Of a stretch of DNA of 60,000 nt, positions 48,946 through 60,000 are shown in pieces. The translations under genes were made by a program, and so were the position numbers. The stretch comes from Callorhinchus milii (lineage: Eukaryota). The stretch's first letter is position 1; every line of letters begins with the position of its first letter. The stretch is taken from assembly GCF_018977255.1 (NCBI RefSeq), contig NW_024704743.1:30010001-30070000 (forward strand), written 5' to 3'. Below the pieces are notes generated by a model. It was not told where the DNA came from. It saw nothing but the letters and a program-made list of their open reading frames with translations, and searched no databases.

Positions 48946-51018
48946 ATAAGCAGGTCTGAGGTTCACTGCCACTCTCTGTTTCAAACACGTAATTTTGCTT
49001 GTGGTTGACCTCGTTCTGGGAGATAAGTTAAGGAGAGCCTTTGTTTACCTCCCACAACAAGGGTAGCCACAATCAGACTGCTGACAAATAAGAGTTTGGG
49101 CTTTCACTGGACTTAGCACATATAAGGTCTATTCCTCCAGAGCAATATAGTGACCCAATTCATTGTAACGTCACCGCTACATTTCATTCACATTTAAACC
49201 TTTGCGCTTAAAAATTCGACCCGGGTCTACTTTATTTATTAACTTTATTTTCCTCAGCGCTCCCAAAGCTTGGCAAATTCTTCCAGTCTCAATTTTGACA
49301 CTAGACTTATTTTAAGAAAGAAACAGCTTGACGCTGTGATGGGAGGATGGTAGGGTGCGTATTCTGGAAGAATGAGATCAAAAGGGCTGAAAGGTTTTCG
49401 TCAGCAAAACCAATCTTTTGATTTACTATCCTCCATTGCCTAGAGTTTGGGTCCGCTGTTTATGGAGTTCCTAAAGTATTAACCAGGGCCTCTTCCACTG
49501 CAGGATTCTCTTTTGTGTTGTCTTGTCTTCTATTTTCTTCTGAGGAGGAAATATTCTACTTATCTATCGTTGTTCTACCTCCGATACACTATATAAATGC
49601 AAGTTGTTGGTTTCCACCATATGGCTTTTAACGGTAAAAGTGGGTGGCAAATACCTTGCCCAATGAACCTTAGAGGTGTTGAAGTTTCTTTTGAGGGACC
49701 TAATATAACTGGAGGCTGCCTAAAGTCAAGGCATCAATTGCTTAAAGATAGTCATGCAAAGCCAAATGACTTCATAATTAATAGGTTACATTATTAGTGC
49801 AAACAAAGGGGGAGACATTGTCCTCATTGTGTTTGGCTTCGCGGCCCAAAACAGCATCATCAGGGAACCCCTGGAATTGATGCTGAAATGATTAAGGGGA
49901 TATTTCATCGATATGAAAAGGAAACCATTTTTCAAAGGATATGTTGGCATGGCAATATTCGAAAAGAGATGTGTTCCTCCTGGTATCCTGGCCAATAAAA
50001 GAGACAGATAAAATTGGTCACTTGCTTCATAGTGAGACATCCCTGTGCACAAGTTGGTTGCTGTGTTCAGCTACAAAATGCACATTTGCTACATTTCATA
50101 TTAAAATCATGTGAAGTTGCTTTGAGACATCCTTCTGACAAGGAAGGCACAATATCAAATGCAAGGATTATTATTGTATTATATCATAATATAGTTAATT
50201 TGATTAAATTTTATATTGTACCATCATAAAGGCAAATTATTTTAATTCGAGTGGCCTCACATTATGAATGATGGATCCCAGTTGGAGCTCATCATTAATT
50301 TTGCTGTAATACCATTTTAGTGGCTTATTTTTAAAAAATGAGATTATTAGTGCCAAAATACCATTGATGAAGCCGCTGGACACTATCTCAGATGATAAAG
50401 TACATAAATTCAATGCCTATGACTTTGTTTTGGTACTCGGGGAGTTCGCACACAATATGAAGCCCTATCTCTGTAACAAATAACCATTGATTTCTCATAA
50501 AGTCAATTTTGACTTGGAGTGATTAACTGTCGGCAGTGTTAGCTCTGTTTGCATACCTCTACTTTGGTGGTGTGCAGAGAATATAATGCTAAGACTGAAT
50601 ACTACTCATACCTTGATTAAATATCCCATGCTCGGAGGCAGCAGAAAATTGTAGGTTTCTGAACTTAACTTTCTCCCAGCATCAACTAAGTGCCTTAGTT
50701 GTGGTTTAAGTATTGCACATTATAATGCACCGTATGCTATTAGTAGGATTCCATGCTTTCAGCGGGATTTTCTATTATGAGTAAAAATGCAAAATATGCT
50801 ACAGCTAGTAAGCAGCACGTTGTGACTTCTAATTTTTTTGTTAACTGCTTCTTGCAATTTACATTCCTATCCCTTCCATTTAATACAGCACCTTTCATTT
50901 TGGGTGGATATCTCAGAGAGCTTCACAGGATTTACTGTGTTGTGCAGTGAATGTGAATATTGTAGGTGAACAAGTAGCCAATTTGTGCATAGCAATGTCC
51001 CACAAACGGCCATGAAGT

Positions 51019-51370
51019 GAATAATAATAATAATCTTTGCATTTGATATAGTACCTTATCACCTCTTCGAGAGGTGATAAGCATTTCACAGAATATATTG
51101 TATAGTGAATTGACTATTTTGTGGGCGAAACGCAGCAGCCAATAGGGCACAAACAGTCGTGAATTGAGTGACCAATTTATTATTTTTTTTAAGGAATTAT
51201 TACCCCTGGAAAAGTGATCCACCATTCGACTAACAACTGGGTTGCTTTTTACTGATAGGTAAACAGAGGTGTGGGGTAAGGAAACGTGCCCAACATTTCG
51301 CTCTACCGGGAATCGAACCCAGATCTCTCGCTTGTGAAGCGAGTGATTTAACCACTGAGCTACAGGACTC
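51019..51370 (-). mobile_element. Long-form tRNA-SINE, inserted next to or within a DeuSINE tail (about 50880-51018)
   Basis: Head at 51290-51370, middle segment and (AAT)n tail. Confidence 0.85.
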
Positions 51371-52369
51371 ATATAGTGACCAAAAGGACATTCTAGGAGG
51401 AACTTTTAACGTGTATTTTAAATGTGCCTGTACCACTCAAACTCCTATTTTCCATCTGTTACTATATATAGCATTAATTTTATTCAAGGGAGGAAAGATT
51501 CCCTCATAAATTCTTTGAATTTCTTCAAAATACATGCTGTGTTGATATCTACTCATGTTAAATTGGCCTCTAAGGAGAAAAAATCCTTCTCTAATAAAAT
51601 TAGATTTGATACATGAGTGAGAAAAGCAATTTCAGATGTGGTTTTGAAAATAAAATTTATCTTTGATTTTATATCACTTCTGTCTCTCCGTTGTAGATTT
51701 GCTAATATGGCAATGAAACTGGACCTTTACATGGTTTCTGAGGCTCAGTACCACATTAGCAGTGCCTTTACAACTGAACCATCAGAGGAGCTGCTGCAAT
51801 TAATTTTTGTTTTGCACAATAAAGCTCACTGTCCAATAGCTTGCTTCATATTATCGTATGATATTCAATTTTTCATGTGAAATTACTGGTTAATTTCGTA
51901 TTGCAGGTAATTTGAAAACCTGCCTTGAATAATCCAGCAGCTGAATAGCCTCATTGCATGCTTACTTGCAAAGGTGAATGTTTGTTTAATCATTTTGCTT
52001 TATCTGGGATGTTGGATTATCCACCGAAGTAGAATGTATTTATTCCAAAGGACTGCACAGTAAAATCTTTCAGGGCTATTGTTGTTTTCTTGTCCTTTTG
52101 TCTAATCGGCTACAGAACCAGAGTTTTTGCAAACAGGGGATATAGTTATCAGGCACAGTTTGATTAAATCTCCTACTGAAGACCTAACGTACTCCCAACG
52201 TACTCTTTCTTCAATTCTTATTTGATTTTAGAAGACCTTTAGTTGGAATAGGGCTCCCAGCACACTAATATGGCAATTCATAAGGATGTTACAGTTGCTT
52301 CACGACCAGTTTATCTCTAGGGATGAATGAACCAGCCCTTCTCTGGTTGAGATTAATCTGAATTTGCTG

Positions 52370-52589
52370 AACAACAACAACAAGATTCCATTTATAGAGC
52401 GCCTTTCACGTCAGGAGGACGTCCCAAGGCGCTGCACAGTTGGGTTATGACCCGAGCAGGGGGAAATGGTCAGGGGGAGGGGAGGGAAGGGAGGGAGAGA
52501 GGAGGGGGGAAATGGTCAGGGTGAGGGGAGGGAAGGGAGGGAGCGAGGAGGAGGAAGAGAGTCGAGAGGGGAGCTGAAGGCACGGTCAG
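52370..52589 (-). mobile_element. Young L2 3' UTR fragment, near-identical to 3417-3628
   Basis: Same tail, hairpin and duplicated purine-rich unit ggggaaatggtcaggg...gagcgaggagg. Confidence 0.9.
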
Positions 52590-53164
52590 ACTAACATTTG
52601 TATAACAATATGGCAGAATCTCATAACATTTGTTCTTGAAGGCCAGAGCTAAACTATACTTAAGCTAAACCTGTGCTAGTTTCCATTGATTACCTCATCA
52701 GTCTCTTGACTATTATTTTATTAATATGGACATGATAGAGCTCCCTTTCCATCCCCTTCCACAATGCATCTAGTAGGTCAAGTCATTTACTGTTGTGGCT
52801 TACACATGAATAATGGCAGTAGTTGATGTACATACTTGTTTCTCATGCACTTGTACCCCAGTAGAAGGAAAAAGGGAGATGGATATCTTCAGGAGAGGGG
52901 CAAGGGAAAAATTGGTAGAGTAAAAATATTGATTTGGACAGCTATTCTTTATTTGTATCACTTTCATGTTAAACGTATAGTAACACATACTCAAGATTTT
53001 GGTTAAACCTTTATGATTTGATTTTAAAAAGTGTAAAGAGTTTCTGATTACATTTGTAACTGAGTTAATATTTTTTTATTATTTTTTATTATTATAATGT
53101 TGGGCTTGATCAGTAATCATTTAGGATCTTTTTTATACCATTGTAAGGGTAAGAGAAAGACATT

Positions 53165-54010
53165 TATTAATAATCCTTGCATTTGATATGGCTTCTTTCA
53201 CCTTGAGAAGGATATCTCAAAGCGCTTCACAAGTTTACTGTAAAATGTGGTGACTGTGTGTTTTTGCAAGCGAATGTGGCGACCAATTTGCATACAACAA
53301 TGTCTCACAAACAAGTTTCGCCCTGCCTGGAATTGAACTCAGGTGTCTCGCTTGGAAGGAAGTTCCTTCCAGTGACCTGGCCAACAATCCTTCATTTTAG
53401 AAGGAGTCATCGTGGAGTACTGTCGCTCAGTGGTTAGAGCACTCGCTTTGCAAGTGAGAGACCCGAGTTCAATTCCAGGCAGGACGAAACTTTGGGCAAG
53501 TTTCCACACGTCTAATAATAATCCCTCCAAAAAACAAAAACAATATAAATTGGTCATTTTCAATCTACGACTGTTTGTGGGACATTGCTGTGTGCAATTG
53601 GCTGCTGCGTTCGCCCACAAATATATGGTCAATTCACCTTACAGTATATTCTGTGAAGCGCTTTGAGACGTCTAGAAGACGTGAAAAGCGCTATATCAAA
53701 TGCAAGGATTATTATTTATTATTAAGGCGAGCACTCTAACCACTGAGCTACAGCACTCCACGATGACTCCTTCTAATATGAAGGATTGTTGGCCAGTTCA
53801 CTGGAAGGAACTTCCTTCTCTTTTCAGATAGTGCCATGGGATCTTTAATGTCTATCTGAAGAACCTGCAGATTAGACCTTGGTCTAGTGTTTCATGTGCA
53901 AGATGGCACCTCTGCCAATGCAGTGCATAGCCCAGTTTTGCATTGGAGCCTAGACAATGAGCTGAAGACTTGAAATGGAGTTTAAACCTACAACCTTTTG
54001 ATCAGATTAG
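53165..54010 (-). mobile_element. Composite DeuSINE/tRNA-SINE (-) containing a full young SINE (+, 53412-53723) and a long inverted duplication
   Basis: 53355-53446 is the reverse complement of 53727-53818 with few mismatches; Deu domain on the minus strand at 53820-53950. Confidence 0.85.
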
Positions 54011-54974
54011 ATAGTGTACCTTTTGTCTTTCAAGAGAATGGACAAAACTTTGTACATTTCTTTTTTACACATCTACACTATGCCTCGCCACTGAGAACAT
54101 GACAGCTACTTGGAATTCTTCTTTCAGTGCTGTTTTCTTTGATCTGAAAACTGTACTCTCCTTGCAAGATCACTGAAATAATGTGCTGGTGAATAGAAAC
54201 TCTCCCCTTGACCCAGTAACAGTGCTTGACATGCAGACAAAATGAGCAGAGTATTGTTTTGGGGTACATAAATGCAAATATTAGCAGAGGTTGAGATGGA
54301 AGTCTAGTTCAAGGATCACATGGTTGGTTTGGATTTAGAAGGCTCTTCATCCGATTTGATCTCATCCTTCCAGAACACCATCTTACTGTCTTCCCATCAC
54401 AGATTCAATCTTTTTTAAATAAAAAGTCCAGCGCCCGAGCCTCAATCACACTTCCTGGCAAACTGTTCCAGTGTTAATTTCCACTGGGTAAAGAAATAGT
54501 TTTCCAGTACATAGAACATTGCATTAATTTGTTGCCAGACCATTTGAGAATAGTTAGTTTATACTGTCCCAAAACAGCATGCTATACAAATATGCATGTC
54601 ACTTAAATACTTTATCATATTACTGATTCTCAATGCCAGGTCTGACTTATGAATCATTGGATACCACACCAAGAAACCTCTGTGTTTCTGAAAGAATCAT
54701 CATGTTTTATTTCCTGTATATAATTGAATTTGATTCTGTTCTTTCTGAACAAATGTTTTCCTGGCATCTGTTGAATGGCTAATAGCATAATGTTCTGTCT
54801 CTAATATACTTTAATGGTTGTTTTCTCTTCCTCTATGTATCTGCCCTGGTTGTAATATAACTAACTTACTTAATGTTACTCTTGTTTCTTATCCTGCCCC
54901 ATTAACATTGCTCACAAGAAAACTGACTTTTTAATGGGAAATATAAATTACATGAATTCAATTGATTCAATTGA

Positions 54975-55135
54975 AATTTTCAAGATTGAGGTAGATAGAT
55001 TTTTGTTAGGTAAGAGTATCAAGAGGTTTGAGGCAAATCCGGGTAAATGGAGCTGAGGTACAGATCAACCATGATCGAATAGAATGGAGGAACAGACTCG
55101 AGGGCTTGAATGGCCTACTCCTATTCCTGTGTTCC
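54975..55135 (+). mobile_element. CR1 3' end fragment
   Basis: IFKIEVDRFLLGKSIK peptide and 3' UTR gactcgagggcttgaatggcctactcct. Confidence 0.8.
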
Positions 55136-57267
55136 AATGAAAGATTTGAATGAAGATGGCACTTTGGCACATTTAATCTCATTCTTGCAGAATACTCACC
55201 CAACCTTAAATGAGTTCAGTATCCTGGCTTGTACCAGCTTTCCCTGATAAGCAATTAAAGATGTTAATTACACTCTGTGAAAATAAATACTGTCAGATTT
55301 GTGCCTAAATTTGTGCTTCACAACCTAGAACCTTGTCGCCCCGTCCCACTATCTTGGCATATCTGAAAGTGTTATTCTGGGTTTACCTTCTCTTTCCCAA
55401 TTTGCATATTGTATACCTCTACAAGATATACAATATTCAAGACTGAATAGCCCTAGTTTACCTAGTCATTCATCATAGCTTATAACTGTATCTGACATAT
55501 GCGGAAATCATCTGCATAATAATAATCATCATCATCCTTGCATTTAATATAGAGCCTTTCACATCAGCAAGGCATTGCAAAGCACCACAGCATTTGCTGT
55601 AAAGTTCTTCAAATCATTACTAAAAGCTCAACATATGTATCGTTTCCATTTGTCTGGTTTAAGAATACAAACTCTCTTCCTGGAGGGACACACTCTGCTT
55701 CCGTAATCCCAGATAATTTAGGTCCAGGTTGGCAAGAACTCAAGTATTCTGGCCCAGAGTTGCAAGGGTTAATACTGCAAAAGTAGACTAATTCAAGTTG
55801 TATTCTGGAGCTGATGACATTTTACCTTTGGCATATTCCAAGGTTGCTTGGCTTGTCTTCTCCAAGGTTAGAGTATCCTGTGTGGAATCACTTTTAAAAG
55901 TAGCTGCTCATTGCAATGCTGAGGCAAAGAAACTCATTCCATTATTATTTCTGTAACCACAGGTTAATGATTAAGAGTTCTGTGACATAAATTCCAAGTT
56001 TTTTTTTAACATAGCTAACAGAGAAATGCTTTAAAGGACTTGCAACCTTGAAGACCTAGCTCAATTCTAAACGGTTTCAAATGCTTAAAACGTTTGGCCA
56101 CAGAGTGCACAGTATATCCTATGAAGTGCTTCAAGACATCCTCCTGATGTGAAAGGCGCTATATGAAATGCAAGGATTATTGTAAATCCTGATGACTTTA
56201 TGATCTTGATTTGCTGCATTTTTTTAAAAAAAGATGGCTATACAGATGGCAGATACATTTAATTTGTTCCTAATTAGATAAATCCTTTCATCATGTGAAC
56301 ACATCCTGAACTTTTCTTTTTGGAAAAAATAATATTTCTACCAGCCAGCTTTTTATAGGGGGAAAATAAACGTTATTGAATTGCGCTGATTATATGCCTT
56401 GCGAATTGCATGCTCCTTTTACCAGAACAGAAAATAGAAGCTGCTATACACTCTGGTCTGATCTAGCCCCGACCATCTGCTTGAATTACTAGCTATAATT
56501 TCATCACCGCCAGAGTCGACCTGCTAACCTCAAACCATCTGACCCCAATTGCTTCTTGTTTACCCTGGGGCTATTTCTCTGGTTCTTCTAAAGGTGAAGC
56601 TCTCCATAGTTGGACTCCCAAATGGATATTGCCTCTCATCTTGTAGACAATCCATTGATTTCTGAGGGGAAACGGCAATTAAGGAGAATAAAATGTTGCA
56701 AAAATAGCGAAGTCTTTACAGTTGCCCTTTGTAATGTTAACAATAACCACAGAATTGTTTGAGCTGAGCAATCTTTTGCTGTGCAATTTTGTTTGAGATG
56801 ATCCATGTGTCTCTATTAAAGACAGTCATAATGGTTGCCCTGAATGAGCATTTAATGTCTGTGATATTTTCGCTGGCTATTAATACAAATTGAGGTGTAG
56901 TCAATAATGCAATAGTAGGGTTTTTTAACCCTGCAATAATAGGGTTTTTGAAATACTATATTCTGTAAGATTTTGTTGAATTTCCTTGATAAAACTAGCG
57001 ATTTATTTTGATGGAAGTATACATCAACACAACACATTATATGGAATTGTGGCATGACTTGTGCAATTGTTCTGCTAAACTGTTCTTTTGTAAGGTTATA
57101 GATGTGACCTTAATGCAAAGATAATGACCTCCCTCCCAGAAACAATGCTATTTTAGTAAAAAAGCATCTTAGCTTCTGAGAAGACTGAATCCATCAGGAA
57201 CATTTAGACAATGGCAAATCAATGGCTTATAAAGCAGACCGTCCAATCTGAAGTTTCAGTTTATTCA

Positions 57268-57485
57268 GTTTCCTTACTCCACACGCCTGATAATAATCCC
57301 TCAAGAAAAAAACAATAGTAAACACTTCAATCCACGATTGTTTGTGGGACAATGCTGTGCGCAATTGGCTGCCACATTTCGTCCACAAATATACAATTAT
57401 TCACTTTACAGTATATTCTGTGAAGTGCTTTGAGACGTCTAAAAGAGGTGAAAAGCGCAATATGAAATGCAAGAATTATTATTTA
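57268..57485 (+). mobile_element. 5'-truncated young tRNA-SINE
   Basis: gtttccttactccacacgcc...tail tgcaagaattatt. Confidence 0.85.
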
Positions 57486-60000
57486 TGAGTATTATTATTC
57501 CTCATATCCAAATTGACAGGACGTTAGACAGTCATGCCCCTTAGGTAATTTGGATCAAATCAGTCCAGAAGCTTGCAAGTGACTTAACTTTTTTTATTTT
57601 TGTTTATAATGGAGGCAAAGCCGTGGTTTCCATGCGTGATTGATCCACATTAATTGCAACAACAACTTGCATTTATATGGCGCCCTTGATGCAGGGCAGC
57701 GCCTTATAGCGCTTAGCAATGGCGGAGATGCTGGTCTCCATGTTTCTCATCCCCGTGCAGCACTATGCTTGAGACAAGGAATTCACTGTGCAAAGAATCA
57801 CCAAGGGAAAAGCCATGTCATGCTGCTCACAGACTCGATTATAATGACCTGAATCTCCATCTGTAGGTTTGGATTTGTATAATTGAATTTGTGTTTGAAT
57901 GTGTCCATTGCATAATATACTAAAAGTGAAACACACATACATGTCATGCACACACCACAAACTCATCAGTAATAAAACAATCATACTCAAGTGGTGGCTT
58001 TAGTGGTGTGAATGACTTGGGTCTCGCTTGAAGGCAACGGGCATCAGTCAAAACCAAATGTGTGAAGCAATGCTGGGATTCATCTATTGGTACATAAGTT
58101 TCACTCATTCTATCGGTAAGTTAAGGACTGACTGCACTTCATACAGCTTTTGTGTTTTAAATCCAAAATGAGTTCAGGGTTTCTTGAACAAATTAATTGT
58201 CTTTTGCTTCATCCATTTCTTAGAAATAATAATGATTAAATACTAAACACATTCCTTTGGCATATTATTCATTTGGGTATTGGATTCACTGTTATCTTGT
58301 ATTGTCTGATCTGAAGCATTGCCCTACATACCATATAAGTGCAAGTTGTTGTTGATCAGTGGAATTTGTCATATTGCATATCTAGTAATCTATTAAGATG
58401 CATTTGAAATGAATCAAAGTCAATTAAAAATATATTTCAGAAGGCAGATTTCACCAGCCAGGTGGGGTTATTTGTGATGATGAAGGGAAATCAAGTGGGG
58501 AGTAGAAATTATTTCCTGTGTAAAAGCCTTTTCTAATGTGTTGACCAAGGTCTGGTATTAACAGCATTCATATAGAAAAAAACTGCAAGCTGATCTGCTC
58601 TGTCTGAGGCTCCACTGTTCCGGCCATGTGTAAAGATGGGGAAAATAGATAAAATGCATAGTGCGGCATAGTATATGCAAGGTGCATGGATTGGGAAGGG
58701 AGTTGTGATGAGGTTAACTCAAAATTCAGTGTCAGTTTTTTGAAAGAAAATTCTACAGCATATATTTTCTTTGAAGATCTGCTCCCAGTGAATGTATTTA
58801 CTGTATCCATCCACACAGTGGATCTATAAAAGCTTAACAAGATTCAGCCTTCTATCGATGGAGCTCTTCTGAAGTCGATATATACATCGATACATTTACA
58901 CGTTTTTTGAAACCTTGGTTAATGTGATGATCTGTAATGGAAAACAAAGTCCTTCACAGTTCAAAATGTTGGTAGAACACCAAAAGCCAGTCTAATGGCT
59001 GTTTACACAGGAAAGCAGTGTTAATATTAGCTACTGCATCATAGATTTATTTTCTCTACTTGATAGCACTGACAAACAAAATGCATTTCTGAGGAATAAC
59101 TAATAATTTTCATTTATAAGTGGATGCCAAATGATGCAATCTTCAGTTCCTAAGAAAATGATGTGCAAGACAGATGGACTGATAACCATTGTAAATCCCG
59201 TTCTTCATTCTCATAGCCTTCTGTAAGATTTAATGAGCTAATGGATTTTTTTTTAAAACGTGTTTTAATTTGATTTTACTTCTTTATGTGGGATTACTCT
59301 AGTAAATCACATTAAGAATGTTTATAATTGCATTATCTTTCCAAGTTGCACACCGTGCTTGTGACAGCCGTTAATAAATGCAACTGGTTTCCATAAAATA
59401 TTCAGAACAGGACATTATTGGAATGATTTTTCATCTCCACCAGTGATCTTCAATCATTTTTGCATTTGAAAATGCATCAAATGTGGGTATAATCTTCTAA
59501 TTTGTGCTACAGTGAGTCTCTATAATTGAAGCAGGGCTTGAATGGGAGCTTCTGTGAGCTAAATAAAATCTCACTGTGCATGATTTAAAATCTTTAGGCT
59601 TCTTCACACTAGAAAATGCAGTGTGCACTCATTCAGCATTTAAGTAATTAATTTTATCAGGTTGTGCCAGACCTGTACATCAAAACTCAACCCCTTTCGA
59701 AAATGTATTGCTTTTGTTAATAAAACAAAGACTTCTATATATGATTAAAACTTTTTTTTAAAAATCGATTGAAGGGGTTGTATGATGTACACCGAGTGGA
59801 GGAGTTGAATTGAGCATTTGATCTTCAAAACAGTGAACTGTATCCTTAGGGAGTGTGGGCCAGGCACCTCAGGCACTCTTGTACACCTCGAGCAGCCAGT
59901 GGTAGAGTGCCACACAGCTGAGATCTGAATGTGATGCATTGGGGAAGGAGGCAATGAAGAGGGAAAGGAAAGAAAACCAGAGTTAAGAGAATAGGAATTG

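Overview
Vertebrate nuclear DNA, most likely from a cartilaginous fish (inferred from the repeat content, possibly a holocephalan). The whole window lies inside one + strand gene, DCDC2 (doublecortin domain-containing 2). Five internal coding exons are visible: 4335-4411, 5122-5253, 17632-17778, 20416-20470 and 33670-33859. They have canonical AG/GT boundaries, consistent phases, and encode the second doublecortin domain plus the start of the C-terminal tail. The upstream and downstream exons lie outside the window or were not found. The introns are full of retrotransposon fragments: L2 and CR1 LINE 3' ends, an older DeuSINE (AmnSINE1/SacSINE1-like) family, and a younger tRNA-Ala-headed SINE that shares the DeuSINE/L2 3' tail. 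There are also MITE-like inverted-repeat elements and a Penelope-like terminal fragment carrying two inverted, decayed minimal hammerhead ribozyme motifs. The recognisable long ORFs in the supplied track are LINE remnants and most others appear spurious. The most unusual observations are recurrent fold-back inverted duplications tied to retroposon insertions, an L2 inserted at the homologous position of an older L2, a covarying SINE/LINE 3' stem-loop, and intronic RFX X-box motifs. I found no convincing wholly new gene system. Repeat boundaries are approximate (by eye).
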